From contig JAUSGG010000162.1 in NCBI GenBank assembly GCA_030649165.1, positions 3 through 64,002 of the forward strand: a DNA stretch of 64,000 bases. Reading direction: 5' to 3'. Positions within the stretch are counted from its first letter, which is position 1; each line of letters starts with the position of its first letter. Under the pieces are notes generated by a model that saw only the letters and a list, made by a program, of their open reading frames with translations, was not told where the DNA came from and ran no database searches. Below, piece after piece: positions 1-9,761 of the stretch. Source of the stretch: Armatimonadota bacterium. GTDB taxonomy: Bacteria > Armatimonadota > UBA5829 > JAUSEB01. The position numbers and the translations under genes were made by a program.

Positions 1-1430
1 CAGAGCGATAATGTCCCCATGGAAAGAAGGGACACAGGGATCAGTCAGAGAGATTTGAGCCGTCATCATGTGCTCAGGATGGTGTTAGAGAACAAGTTAG
101 CCCTGAGCGAAGCAGCGAGGACGCTGGGTGTGAGCTACCGTCATGCGAAGCGGTTGAGAAAGAAGCTGTTGGAGGGAGGGGTGTCAGGGTTGTTGCATGG
201 CAATTTGAGGCGGGACCCCGCCAACAAGACTTCTGAGGAGTTGAAGTCTAGGGTATTGGCTTTGTCGACAGAGAAGTATAAGGATTTCAATGACAGCCAC
301 TTCTTTGAGATGCTACGTGATGTCGAGGGGATAGAAGTATCTCGTGAGACAGTGCGAGCGATCCGCCGTGGCGAAGGGATCAAGCCGAAGGTGAAGCGCA
401 AGCCCAGAAAGCATCACAAGCGGCGTCCACGTAAGGAATCTGAGGGTTTGATGATGCTGTGGGACGGCAGCCCGCACCGCTGGTTTGGCGAAGGAACTCA
501 GCCTTGCTGTCTAATGGCGGCGATAGATGACGCCAGGAGTAAGGCTCTGGCCTTGTTTTTTGTGGACGCTGAACGTTCCTGGGCTTACCTGGAGTTGCTT
601 CGGAGGGTCACGTCGAGCTATGGCGTTCCATCCAGTGTATACCAGGACAGGCATTCATCGCTCAAGAGGAACGATAGCTTCTGGAGCATTGAAGAGGAAC
701 TGGCCGGAAGGCAGGACCCGACGCAGGTCGGGGCTGCGCTTGAGGCCCTAGGCATAGAGCCAATATTCGCCGTAACTCCGCAGGCTAAGGGACGAGTAGA
801 GAGGTTGTTCAAGACGCTGCAGGACCGGCTGGTAGCGATGCTGAGGTTAGAGGGCATCACGGACATCGAACAAGCGAACGCCTATATCCAGGAGTTCTTC
901 TTGGACTACTTCAACAACAAGTTCGCGGTGGCGGCCGAAAACACACAGAATGCTTGGCGTAAGCTTCCCAAGAGCCTGGACATGGAACGTGTTCTGTCAC
1001 TACGCTACGACGCGACTGTAGGTAATGACAACGCCATCAGGTTTGCGGGTATGGTCATAGACATCGAGCCAGGGCCAAACAAAAGGAGCTACGCTGGGGT
1101 TAGAGCTGAACTCAGACAGACGCTGGACGGCGGCTGGAGAGTTTACCACCAGGACAAGCTCATAGCAATGGCCCCACCAACTGAGATCGTGGAGCCCATC
1201 CGAACCAGAAACCGGCGGAAAGGCGTCAAGGCCGCTCACGACTCTAACTGGGTGTATCTCTCGTCTGCGCAGCCACGGCAAGACGAAACTTACCACGCAA
1301 CAGCGCGGACCGCAAAAGGAACAGCTCGGCGAGCCGGAAACGGATCCAGGATCGGCGCAACTAGGATAGCTTGACAGACATTAAGGGGACATTTTCGCTC
1401 TGCAATAGAGGGGACATAATCGCTCGGCAA
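1..1430 (+). mobile_element. Insertion sequence: one DDE transposase ORF bounded by ~18-bp terminal inverted repeats; left end may begin slightly before window start
   Basis: IRL cagagcgataatgtcccc at 1-18; IRR ggggacattttcgctctg at 1387-1404 (1 mismatch to revcomp of IRL) plus a second nested copy ggggacataatcgctc at 1410-1425; single transposase ORF between. Confidence 0.7.
19..1374 (+). CDS. DDE-type transposase (N-terminal HTH + rve-like integrase core; ISNCY/IS481-like, family not resolved)
   Basis: 451-aa ORF with HTH (LSEAARTLGVSYRHAKRLRK), basic linker and integrase-core-like region; flanked by inverted repeats; lower GC than neighbours. Confidence 0.8.
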   Translation: MERRDTGISQRDLSRHHVLRMVLENKLALSEAARTLGVSYRHAKRLRKKLLEGGVSGLLHGNLRRDPANKTSEELKSRVLALSTEKYKDFNDSHFFEMLRDVEGIEVSRETVRAIRRGEGIKPKVKRKPRKHHKRRPRKESEGLMMLWDGSPHRWFGEGTQPCCLMAAIDDARSKALALFFVDAERSWAYLELLRRVTSSYGVPSSVYQDRHSSLKRNDSFWSIEEELAGRQDPTQVGAALEALGIEPIFAVTPQAKGRVERLFKTLQDRLVAMLRLEGITDIEQANAYIQEFFLDYFNNKFAVAAENTQNAWRKLPKSLDMERVLSLRYDATVGNDNAIRFAGMVIDIEPGPNKRSYAGVRAELRQTLDGGWRVYHQDKLIAMAPPTEIVEPIRTRNRRKGVKAAHDSNWVYLSSAQPRQDETYHATARTAKGTARRAGNGSRIGATRIA

Positions 1431-1551
1431 TAACACAGGGAGTTGATGGTTGAGGGTTCCAGGGTTCCAGGGTTCCAGGGTTCTAAGGGGTTGAGGGTTG
1501 GCGGAGGGGCGGCCTACCGCGGAAACCCTACACACTTACAAACCTACAAAC

Positions 1552-2604
1552 CTATGAGCCTAATCTTACAGCGCAGGCGGGTTCCCGGCCGGATTTCTCG
1601 TAGTACCGCTGGTGGTACTCCTCCGCCGGGTAGAACTCAGCAGCCGGGCCGATCTCGGTGACGATTTTGTCTTTGAACCGCTTCGACTTCTCCAACTCGG
1701 CTTTGGACTCCTCGGCCAGCCTTCGCTGCTCGGGTGTGTGGTAGAAGATCGCCGAACGGTATTGAGAGCCTACGTCCGGCCCCTGTCTGTGGTACGTCGT
1801 AGGGTCGTGTATCTCCCAGAAGACCTTGAGTAAATCACTATAGCTGATCTTTGACGGATCGTACGTCACTTCGACGGCCTCGGCGTGCCCGGTCGTGTGG
1901 GAACAAACGTCCTCGTAAGTCGGGTTCTTGGCATGACCGCCGGTGTAACCGACCCGGGTGGACAACACTCCCTTGCTCAGTAACTGTCGGAAGGACGCCT
2001 CGATCCCCCAGAAGCATCCGGCGGCGAATGTGGCCTTCTCGGATTTGGCCCGGGCATTGGCCTCCACCAGTTTCAATGCGACGGAATTGATGCAGTAACG
2101 TTTGCCGGTGGGGGGTGGACCGTCATCAAAGACGTGTCCGAGGTGCGCGCCGCAGCGGGCGCAAAGGACTTCCGTGCGCTGCCGTCCGAGGCTATTATCG
2201 GACTCATACTTCGCGTTCAGGTCCGAGACCGGCTGCCAGAAGCTGGGCCAGCCCGTGCCGGATTCGAACTTCTTGTCGTACTTGAATAGGTCGGTTCCGC
2301 AGCCGACGCATTTGTATATGCCGACCTTGCCGTGCGCCGGGACCGAGCAAGTGTTGACAAACGGCGCCTCGGTACCTTTGAGTCGAGTGACCTCGAACTG
2401 CTCCGGCGTGAGGAGTTTCTTCCACTCTTCGTCGGTCTTCCGTACCGGCTTGACCTTCTCGACCTGTCCCGTTTCAGCGTTGAATATGTTTATCATCTCT
2501 GCTTTGCCGCCCCCTTTGGCGTAAGTGTGCCTGTCAGATGCCGCCCAGACAATGAGACCGGCGACCGCAATTGCCGCCGTAATGAGAAGTATACTCTTGC
2601 GCAT
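1552..2604 (-). CDS. msrAB: Bifunctional peptide methionine sulfoxide reductase, MsrB (N-terminal) fused to MsrA (C-terminal), with signal peptide
   Basis: N-terminal signal peptide; two CxxC pairs and [10 protein letters not shown] (MsrB); GCFWG active-site motif (MsrA); ATG at 2604. Confidence 0.9.
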   Translation of the reverse strand: MRKSILLITAAIAVAGLIVWAASDRHTYAKGGGKAEMINIFNAETGQVEKVKPVRKTDEEWKKLLTPEQFEVTRLKGTEAPFVNTCSVPAHGKVGIYKCVGCGTDLFKYDKKFESGTGWPSFWQPVSDLNAKYESDNSLGRQRTEVLCARCGAHLGHVFDDGPPPTGKRYCINSVALKLVEANARAKSEKATFAAGCFWGIEASFRQLLSKGVLSTRVGYTGGHAKNPTYEDVCSHTTGHAEAVEVTYDPSKISYSDLLKVFWEIHDPTTYHRQGPDVGSQYRSAIFYHTPEQRRLAEESKAELEKSKRFKDKIVTEIGPAAEFYPAEEYHQRYYEKSGREPACAVRLGS

Positions 2605-2736
2605 TCCTGCAATACCCCATTAAGACGCTTCGCCTCCTTCGGCAGCGGCGCTGCGCTCTGCTACCGAAGGATCGGAAGATGCAGATTTCAGATTACGGAT
2701 CGTAAACCGTCAACCGTTCGACTGACAACTGACAAC

Positions 2737-3659
2737 CTACTTCATCGCTTCTATGTATTTCTCGGCGGACATGGCGGCGATGGCGCCGTCCGCGCAGGCG
2801 GTGACGATCTGGCGAAGCGATTTCTGGCGGATATCGCCGGCGACGAATACACCGGGGACGGAGGTCCGCATGTTCTCATCGGCGATGATATAGCCGCTCT
2901 CATCGACGGCCACCTGTCCGCCCAGGAACGCGAGATTGGGCTCCGCGCCGATCAGAACGAACACGCCGTCAACGGGCAGATCGCTGATCTCATCGCTGAC
3001 GACGTTGCGAATCCGCAGATTCTGCACGGCGTGATTGCCTTCGATCTTCTCGACAACGGTGTTCCAGACGACTTCGATCTTGGGGTTGTTGAGGGCGCGC
3101 TCCTGAATGATCCTCGCCGCCCGAAACGCATCTCGGCGGTGGACAATACTGACTTTTCTGGCGTATCGCGTCAGGAAGATGGAGTCCTCGACGGCTGTGT
3201 CGCCGCCGCCGACCACCGCGAGGTCCTTGTCTTTGAAAAACGCCCCGTCGCAAGTGGCGCAGTAGGAGACTCCGCGGCCCTGCAACGCCTGCTCCCCAGG
3301 AACGTTCAGCTTGCGGGCGCTCGCGCCGGTGGCGATGATAACGGTCCTGGTCCGGCTCTCGCCCTCGCTCGTCACGATGACTCTTTCCGTGCCTGAGAAA
3401 TCCACGGACTCCACCTGGGCCAGCAGAGTTTCCATGCCGAACTTCTCGGCCTGCTCGCGCATCTGCGCCGAAAGCTCCGGCCCCGATACGCCGCTGGCGT
3501 ACCCGGGGTAGTTCTCGATGTGGTCGGAGATCATCAACTGACCGCCCGGGAACAGCTTTTCGATGAGTAAAGTTTCCAGCCTGGCCCGGGCCGCGTAGAT
3601 CGCTGCCGTCATCCCGCCCGGTCCACCGCCGATTATTATGACGTCGTGCGTCGCCGTGA
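2737..3659 (-). CDS. trxB: Thioredoxin-disulfide reductase
   Basis: CATC redox motif, GGGDTA NADPH motif, FAD-binding HDVIIIGGGPGG lies upstream of the first ATG (3612), so the start is non-canonical/uncertain near 3659; GAGGAG RBS at 3660-3665. Confidence 0.85.
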
Positions 3660-3935
3660 CTCCTCTCGCAGTGATTGCCAGTTAATTATACCATTCGTCC
3701 GGCCCGGCGGAAAAGCCCTGCGATTGGGAATGCGATTGGGAAAAGGAAGGTGGGGTTCAGGGAAGAACGCAGAACACAGATAAACACGGATGAACGGAGA
3801 CCCGGCGGTTGAAACCACGGCAACGACTACACGAAGTCGGCCTGCGCCGACTGCGGAGGGCGCGGTTTCGCGGAAACAAGGTCTTATTCTGTTGCGGAGA
3901 TAACTCTACCCTGAGTCGGCAATGGAGGTAACCAG

Positions 3936-4502
3936 ATGAGACGTTCCCCGGCCCTGTTGGGCGCAGTAGTCTTGATAGCGATATTCTCCGCGGCGTCGGT
4001 GCGGTTTCCGTTGGGATCGGCAAAGCCTGCCGGGAGTTCGACCGGCGGGGCGTGGCGGGTGTATTTCTCGCCGAGGGGCGGAGCGACGGCGGCGATCGTC
4101 AAAGCAATAGGCGGCGCGCGGCGGACGGTCCTGGCGCAGGCTTACTCGTTTACGTCCGCGCCGATCGCCAAAGCGCTGCTCAACGCGCACAAGAGGGGGG
4201 TCAAGGTTCAGGTCATCCTGGACGACAGCCAATTGACGCAGAAGTACTCCTCGGCGGTCTTTTTCCGCAATTCCGGGATACCGACCAGGATCGACTCGGC
4301 GCACGCCATTGCGCACAACAAGGTGATGGTTATCGACGGCGTGACGGTCATAACCGGCTCTTTCAACTTCACGCGGGCGGCGGAAGAGAGGAACGCGGAG
4401 AACGTTCTGATCGTGCGCGATAAGGCGCTGGCGGAGCGGTATACGAGCAATTGGAGGGCGCACGAGCGGCATTCGCGGGTGTACGGACGGCGGGGTGGGT
4501 GA
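3936..4502 (+). CDS. Secreted phospholipase-D-family endonuclease (Nuc-like, single HKD motif)
   Basis: Signal peptide then HxK(x)4D motif (HNKVMVIDG) and GSFNFT typical of Nuc/PLD nucleases. Confidence 0.8.
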   Translation: MRRSPALLGAVVLIAIFSAASVRFPLGSAKPAGSSTGGAWRVYFSPRGGATAAIVKAIGGARRTVLAQAYSFTSAPIAKALLNAHKRGVKVQVILDDSQLTQKYSSAVFFRNSGIPTRIDSAHAIAHNKVMVIDGVTVITGSFNFTRAAEERNAENVLIVRDKALAERYTSNWRAHERHSRVYGRRGG

Positions 4503-4538
4503 TGGGTCGGCAGTCGGCGCCGCGACCAGATGGCCGGG

Positions 4539-4946
4539 CTATCGGTTCCATTGGCTCGCTCTTTCCTGGTCGCCGTGCGCGTGGTCATCAATCTCCGTGG
4601 AGGTGTTTCGCTTCGCCCAGCGCTTGGGCGGATCAGTAATGAGAAATGCGAGCGGGACCGCTATCATTAACACCATCACGGAATCTAGATGAATAGATAG
4701 GATCACGGACGCGCACGACAGAGCCGTGTACATAGCGATCAACCCGAACCAGGCCCAGCGCCGCCTTCTCAGTAGGCTCCAGTACAGCGCCACCATGGCA
4801 GCCGGGCCACCAATTCTGATCGAGTAATGCAGAAAAGGTGATCTGTACGTTGTGCTTACCGTGAAGATATCCGCGATTTCCACAACGAGCCCGCCGATAT
4901 ACAACACAAGGTAGACCCAGGACGACACCACCGTTCTCTTTTTCAT
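4539..4946 (-). CDS. Hypothetical small integral membrane protein
   Basis: 135-aa ORF with 3-4 predicted TM helices, moderate GC, intergenic position between nuc-like gene and cbb3 operon. Confidence 0.45.
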   Translation of the reverse strand: MKKRTVVSSWVYLVLYIGGLVVEIADIFTVSTTYRSPFLHYSIRIGGPAAMVALYWSLLRRRRWAWFGLIAMYTALSCASVILSIHLDSVMVLMIAVPLAFLITDPPKRWAKRNTSTEIDDHAHGDQERASQWNR

Positions 4947-5034
4947 CTGTCACTCGTCTCCATCCGCAGGATTCCGAGACCTCGCTCGACTCCTTCGACT
5001 CTTTCGACTCCGCCGACTCATCCGACTCCTTTGC

Positions 5035-5541
5035 TCAGGGCTTCGGTCTTGGGGTGAAGGAGCGCAGATACATAACCAACGGCCAGCGGTGTTCGGGCAG
5101 GACGGTCTGGCTCATGACGGGGTCGTGGCCGGTCCCGCTCAGCATTCGGCGATACAGCTCGCCGTCGTTCATTGCCGCGATTGCTTGAGAGGATAGGTCC
5201 GTCGGTTTCGGGACGTAGCTTTGGCCGACGGGGCCGTCGCCGTCACCTTTTTCCCCATGGCACATCAGGCAATAGTAGCCGTAGTATATCTTGCCGTTCG
5301 CCAGGTTAACGGCGGTTGGCGGGACGGGGCTTTTCGCGAGTTTCGATTGCTGGGCGGTGAGGGTTTGCAGTGTTCCGGTGGTGGGCACGGAGCCGACGGG
5401 CTGCCGCGGCATTTGGATCTCGTAGGGTTTGATCGACCGCTGGATGTTCATGCGGGGGCCGCAGGAGGCGCAAAGGAGCGCGGCGGCGCAGGCGAGCAGG
5501 ATTCTGGTTGGGAGGCCGGCCGCGTTCCGGAAGATCGATAT
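5035..5541 (-). CDS. Monoheme c-type cytochrome, probable lipoprotein (CcoP-like second domain, last gene of cbb3 operon)
   Basis: CLMCHGEKGDGDGPVGQ heme motif; lipobox-like LLCASC signal; ORF open to 5733 only by reading through two repeat copies; no ATG/GTG/TTG at the sensible start (ATA/ATC near 5535-5541). Confidence 0.7.
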   Translation of the reverse strand: MSIFRNAAGLPTRILLACAAALLCASCGPRMNIQRSIKPYEIQMPRQPVGSVPTTGTLQTLTAQQSKLAKSPVPPTAVNLANGKIYYGYYCLMCHGEKGDGDGPVGQSYVPKPTDLSSQAIAAMNDGELYRRMLSGTGHDPVMSQTVLPEHRWPLVMYLRSFTPRPKP

Positions 5542-5555
5542 TGCGCGGCGTTGAG

Positions 5556-5690
5556 GACCTCCCCCTAACCCCCTCCTGGGAGGAGGGGGAACGACCTCTA
5601 TCTTCGCGGCGGGAGGACCTCCCCCTAACCCCCTCCTGAGAGGAGGGGGGACACCCCCTCTCCTTGTAGGAGAGGGTTGGGGTGAGGTCA
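5556..5690. repeat. Three tandem hairpin units of dispersed family R1 (CCCTCTCC-N4-GGAGAGGG + TTGGGGTGAGG tail; C-rich variants in opposite orientation)
   Basis: gacctccccctaaccccctcctgggaggaggggg x2 and accccctctccttgtaggagagggttggggtgagg. Confidence 0.85.
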
Positions 5691-5719
5691 ACACGTCATT
5701 GAACTTGTGAAACGGAGCG

Positions 5720-6043
5720 CTAACGTGTCGCATTCGGACCTCCGGGTGTCTTGCGGGGAAGGACGACCTGGTTTGGGACTCTGCCGCGAGGCGGCGGCTC
5801 CGAGGAGACGATCGACTCCGCGGGCACGTACGGCGTAACGCCGTACTTCCATTCAGCCGGCCTGTCGTGTATCAGGGCGTAGATCAGCAGGCACCAGACG
5901 ATAGTGGCGCCCGCGGTCAGCAGAGCGGCCGGCCAGCCTCCCACCCACCATCTCCGGAACGACGGATCCTGCGTCTGCTCAGGAATCTCCGGGTGGACGT
6001 CTTTCGGTACCTCGGGATGCTTATGATCGTGTGTCTCGGGCAT
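5720..6043 (-). CDS. Small membrane protein of cbb3 operon (His-rich N-terminus, one TM helix)
   Basis: ATG at 6043 overlaps upstream stop (ATGA coupling); MPETHDHKHPEVP... then TM helix; the longer 170-aa ORF upstream of this ATG is an out-of-context extension. Confidence 0.6.
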   Translation of the reverse strand: MPETHDHKHPEVPKDVHPEIPEQTQDPSFRRWWVGGWPAALLTAGATIVWCLLIYALIHDRPAEWKYGVTPYVPAESIVSSEPPPRGRVPNQVVLPRKTPGGPNATR

Positions 6044-6309
6044 CAGTATGTCACTCCCGACAGCCAAATGTAGAGCACGTAGGCTATGGCGGATATGGTT
6101 ATGAACAGGTAGAACATAACCAACACGGGCGGGACCCCCGTGAAGACCTCGTGCAGGTTGGCCGGCAGTTCGACCTCCGGCAGTTCCTTTTCCTCTTTTC
6201 TGCTGTGGACCCAGTACAGGCCGGCGATCCACCAGCCCGCGAGAATGAGGCCGGCGGCGATTGCGATGGTGGCGACTATGTTTACGTATATCGGGTTGAG
6301 TTCCATCAC
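6043..6309 (-). CDS. Small two-TM membrane protein of cbb3 operon (CcoQ/FixQ-like candidate)
   Basis: 88 aa, two hydrophobic helices, tightly packed between neighbours. Confidence 0.6.
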   Translation of the reverse strand: MMELNPIYVNIVATIAIAAGLILAGWWIAGLYWVHSRKEEKELPEVELPANLHEVFTGVPPVLVMFYLFITISAIAYVLYIWLSGVTY

Positions 6310-6310
6310 A

Positions 6311-6616
6311 TCACCGGTTGTTGGTTATTAGTTGTTGGTTGTTGGTTGGCGACCGACGGGCGTTGGCGCCCAGCCAGACGGCGGCGGCCATGAGCGCGAA
6401 CGTGATCAGAAGAAGGCCGAGCCAGGTGTAACGGTCGATCCTGTTCGGCCTTCGGCCCGCGTCGCCGTGTTCGCGCAGATCGGCCGCGTTCAGCGCGATG
6501 TATCGCTGCCGGTCCAGTTCCGTGAACTGGCGGCTTCGCACGGCCCAAACAAAGACCGCGGAGAAGATTGTCGTTCCGACTATGGCGTACGCGATCCAGA
6601 TGTCCAGGAAGGTCAT
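6311..6616 (-). CDS. Small two-TM membrane protein of cbb3 operon
   Basis: ATG at 6616 overlaps ccoO stop by 4 nt; C-terminal TNNQQLITNN encoded by low-complexity gttgttggtt repeat. Confidence 0.6.
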   Translation of the reverse strand: MTFLDIWIAYAIVGTTIFSAVFVWAVRSRQFTELDRQRYIALNAADLREHGDAGRRPNRIDRYTWLGLLLITFALMAAAVWLGANARRSPTNNQQLITNNR

Positions 6617-7653
6617 GGGGCGACACTCCTCGATGGCGGTTCCGGCGCGGGCTGGTCCGTCACCGGACCGGCCTCTTTGCCTTCATAGGACGCCGGTATG
6701 CCGACGTCCGGGTATTTGTCGTCCGTGTGGCCAATGAAATTCCTCTCCAGGTAGTTCGACACGTCCCAAATCTTGGCCGACTCCAGGTCCTTTTTGAAGT
6801 AAGGCATAGCCGTGCCGGTTATGCCGTTCATGATCTGGTAGTACAGTATACCTCCGATGTACTTGCGGTCTATCAAGTGGCGTCTGAGCGTGGTGAAATT
6901 CACGGGCCGAGGCTCAAGGTAACGCGCGGCGGGGCCTTCACCGTCGCCCACCGGGCCGTGGCAGCCGATGCAGTAGTCCTGGTAGACCTTCTCGCCGCGC
7001 GCGACCGAGGCGTCGGTCACCGGACTCTCGGTTGGCATTGCCCGCCAACTCCGAGGCACGCGCGAGTGAAGCCATTCGATGTTCTCGTCCGGCCCTTTTC
7101 GATAGGCCGCGATGGCTTCGGCGTGGAAACGCTTCTGGGCGGCCACACGGGCGTCGGCGTTCTTGCCGCCGAGGCTTTGCATATAGGCGACCAGGGCTTT
7201 GATGTTTCGATCTCCCTCGAAGGCGAATCTCGGCATCAGCGAGCGCGGACGGGTGAACCGCGGATTGATGAAGTGCGCCAAGTGCCAATCGTCGGAGTGC
7301 TCGCCGCCCTCCTGTGAGAGATCGGGGCCGGTCCGTTCCGATCCGAGAAGGTGCGGCTGCTGCTGGTGGTAGTCGCCCGATTCGGCGATGCGTTCGGCCC
7401 CGATTCCCCAATCCTGCGGCCTGACGTACTGCGAATGGCAATACGTGCAGCCGTTTGCGATGTAGCGAAGGCGGCCCTCGTCCTCCAGCGTTCGATTCGG
7501 CCGCCACAGGGAAGACGGCTTATGCTTCATCGTGTAAACCGGCCATAGGACTGTTGCGAAGGTCGCCGCGACGAGCACGAGCATGCTCCCCGCGACGATC
7601 ACAGCCGCGGGCGAACCGACAAATGCCCTGGTTTTGGTCCACAGAGCGCTCAT
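6613..7653 (-). CDS. ccoO: cbb3-type cytochrome c oxidase subunit II (CcoO) fused to an additional C-terminal monoheme cytochrome c domain
   Basis: N-terminal TM anchor, CTYCHSQ..RP CcoO heme motif, second CIGCHGPVGDG heme domain; ATGA overlap with ccoN stop. Confidence 0.85.
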   Translation of the reverse strand: MSALWTKTRAFVGSPAAVIVAGSMLVLVAATFATVLWPVYTMKHKPSSLWRPNRTLEDEGRLRYIANGCTYCHSQYVRPQDWGIGAERIAESGDYHQQQPHLLGSERTGPDLSQEGGEHSDDWHLAHFINPRFTRPRSLMPRFAFEGDRNIKALVAYMQSLGGKNADARVAAQKRFHAEAIAAYRKGPDENIEWLHSRVPRSWRAMPTESPVTDASVARGEKVYQDYCIGCHGPVGDGEGPAARYLEPRPVNFTTLRRHLIDRKYIGGILYYQIMNGITGTAMPYFKKDLESAKIWDVSNYLERNFIGHTDDKYPDVGIPASYEGKEAGPVTDQPAPEPPSRSVAP

Positions 7654-9092
7654 GGGTTAATCGGCTCCCCTTTGCGGAACGTCATGAGCACGTTGTACAC
7701 GCCGACAAACGCGCCGGTGATGATCATAAGTCCGCCCGCCAATCGAAGCGTCATGTAGGGCTTCATCTGCGGAACCGTGCGGTAAACGGTGGCGCCGTTC
7801 AACCAGTCCTGTCCCTGGATCAGCCCCGCGATCGTCAGGACGATGAAGAAATCGAGCAGTCCGAGCAGGATGAGCCAGTATTGAATGTTGATCAGTTTTT
7901 CGCTGTAGACCCTGCGCCCGGTCACGTACGGCAGCACGTAGTACATTCCGCCAAGAGCTATGAACCCGGTGAATCCCAGGACGGCGATGTGCGCGTGGCC
8001 GACGACCCAGTTGTTGAAGTGCGTGACCCTCTGCACGACTGCCAGCGACTGCAACGGCCCCTGAATGCAGACGATAGCGTACCATATCGTTCCTACGAGC
8101 ATCAGCTTGGCTGACGGGTTCGTCAGAAATCTGCCGAACCTTCCTCGCGCGGTGTACCACTGGTTGACCAGAACGGTCGCGACGGGGAGCATCATAGCGA
8201 AGCTGTCTATTATGGAGACGGTCTTCAGCCAGGTGGGTATCGGCGCCTGGATCAGGTGGTGCGCGCCGATGTGCGTGTAGAAGAGCAGCAGCGACCAGAA
8301 ACCGATGATCGATAGCGCCTGACTGTAGAGCGGCGCGCCGGCGATGCGCGGGAACATATAGTAGGCAATCCCGACCGCGAGAGGCGTGACGAGGAGCCCG
8401 AACACGTTGTGCCCGTAGAACCACAGGAAAATGGCGTCGGTGATTCCTGTCTCCGCGCCGGTTGCCGGATGCCACATCACGTTGCCGAGAGGATACATGA
8501 AAACGGTCCATACTATGGCGCCGGCGAAATACCAGGACGACACATAAAGAAGCTGCTCGTTGCGGCGAACGAGGGTCATAACCATGTTCACCGCCACCAT
8601 TACCAGGGCGATTACGAGCAATACGTCCGCGGGGAAGATATACTCGGCGTATTCCCGACCCTGGGTGTAGCCCGCCATAAGCCCGATGTCACCGAGGACG
8701 ACGCCGGCGTTGAAGAACAACGCGGCGAGGTTCGCCAAAGGCTCGCTGAACAGTTTCGTGGCCAGCACGCGCGGCATTATGTACAGCGCGCAGCCGATCA
8801 GCATCTGGACGACGAAGCCGAAGAGCACGGTGTTGACGTGGACCTGGCGTATGCGCCCGAACTCCAGCCACGGAATGTTGGCGAAGAAGTCGGGCGCGAC
8901 CAGGTGTATGGCGCTGCCGAGCCCGGCGAGCGTTCCGATCGCCATCCACACGGCCCCACCGGCCAGCCAGACTCTGGCCGAACTGTATTCTTTTTCCCAG
9001 AACCGCCCTTCGGGCATTGGTCTGCCTTTCGTGTGCTTCGGGACGAAAAGCGGGTCCCGAAGCATAAACGTTCGCTCCTGCCTTACGTTCAA
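7650..9092 (-). CDS. ccoN: cbb3-type cytochrome c oxidase subunit I
   Basis: 12-TM heme-copper oxidase with HNVFGL, WVVGHAHIAVLG motifs; start may be at internal Met (9065 or 9017) because repeat R1 overlaps 9091-9130. Confidence 0.9.
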   Translation of the reverse strand: MNVRQERTFMLRDPLFVPKHTKGRPMPEGRFWEKEYSSARVWLAGGAVWMAIGTLAGLGSAIHLVAPDFFANIPWLEFGRIRQVHVNTVLFGFVVQMLIGCALYIMPRVLATKLFSEPLANLAALFFNAGVVLGDIGLMAGYTQGREYAEYIFPADVLLVIALVMVAVNMVMTLVRRNEQLLYVSSWYFAGAIVWTVFMYPLGNVMWHPATGAETGITDAIFLWFYGHNVFGLLVTPLAVGIAYYMFPRIAGAPLYSQALSIIGFWSLLLFYTHIGAHHLIQAPIPTWLKTVSIIDSFAMMLPVATVLVNQWYTARGRFGRFLTNPSAKLMLVGTIWYAIVCIQGPLQSLAVVQRVTHFNNWVVGHAHIAVLGFTGFIALGGMYYVLPYVTGRRVYSEKLINIQYWLILLGLLDFFIVLTIAGLIQGQDWLNGATVYRTVPQMKPYMTLRLAGGLMIITGAFVGVYNVLMTFRKGEPINP

Positions 9093-9212
9093 CCCTCACC
9101 CCATCCCTCTCCCTTCCAGGGAGAGGGGGTTTCTGTCCCGCGCGTCTGCCCGTGAACCGTCAACCGTCAACCCGCTCCCTCCCCATTCAGGGGAGGGTCG
9201 GGGTGGGGTCCA
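9091..9212. repeat. Two inverted copies of R1 hairpin repeat flanking a 40-bp spacer
   Basis: aaccctcaccccatccctctcccttccagggagaggggg ... cccgctccctccccattcaggggagggtcggggtggggtcc. Confidence 0.85.
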
Positions 9213-9227
9213 ACCATCAACCAACAG

Positions 9228-9761
9228 CTAATAATGACACACAAAGCACGATTGCGATGCCTTGTTCTGTCGATGGCACTTTATGCAAAAGTCCATCGTG
9301 AACACATTCGCCTGGCTGACCCTGTCCATTTCGCGCACGTTGCCGTGGCATCGACCGCAGTCGAATCCTCGTGCCAGATGCGGCTCATGGCTGAAGTGGA
9401 CGAAGTCGGGCACACGGTTAACCCGTTTCCAGGGAATGCCTTCGTCTCTGCTGTAGTACGTATGGATCTTCGCTATGGGTGGAAACCTCATGGCTATGAC
9501 ATTATGACACAACAGGCATTTTTCCACAGAGGGCATGCCCGCGTTCGATGAGTTCATCGCGAATTGATGGCAGAAGAAGCAGCCTATCTCCTTGTCTCCG
9601 GCGTGCACGCGATGGCTGAACGGGATCGGCTGCTCCGGACCGGGCTGGAGGGAGCGCAACCTTGCGGCGGCGACCACGGCGATCGTCAGGACCACAAGGA
9701 AGAGGACGAGCGTCGGCCTCCGAACCCAGGTATGAGGCATGAGGTATGAGGTATGAGTCAT
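9228..9761 (-). CDS. actA: Pentaheme c-type cytochrome, ActA-like subunit of Alternative Complex III
   Basis: N-terminal TM helix; five CxxCH motifs (CFFCH, CLLCH, CGRCH, CIKCH, CFVCH). Confidence 0.8.
   Translation of the reverse strand: MTHTSYLMPHTWVRRPTLVLFLVVLTIAVVAAARLRSLQPGPEQPIPFSHRVHAGDKEIGCFFCHQFAMNSSNAGMPSVEKCLLCHNVIAMRFPPIAKIHTYYSRDEGIPWKRVNRVPDFVHFSHEPHLARGFDCGRCHGNVREMDRVSQANVFTMDFCIKCHRQNKASQSCFVCHY

Noticed and set aside
19-1374. Phage integrase / prophage boundary
   Set aside because: Protein is a DDE transposase flanked by its own inverted repeats; no phage structural or regulatory genes follow
1440-1500. Possible CRISPR array (GGTTCCAG repeats) and other tandem word arrays
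   Set aside because: Units are 7-9 nt with no spacers; no cas genes; these are simple tandem word repeats
2332-3396. 354-aa + strand ORF
   Set aside because: Antisense shadow of trxB; Arg/Ala-rich low-complexity translation typical of high-GC reverse frames
3906-4472. 188-aa minus-strand ORF overlapping nuc-like gene
   Set aside because: Antisense to a gene with clear PLD motifs; Arg-rich nonsense composition
6568-8511. Several 200-280-aa ORFs (6568..7317 +, 6938..7507 -, 7455..8114 +, 7657..8511 -)
   Set aside because: Overlap ccoN/ccoO in other frames; no motifs, extreme Arg/Pro content
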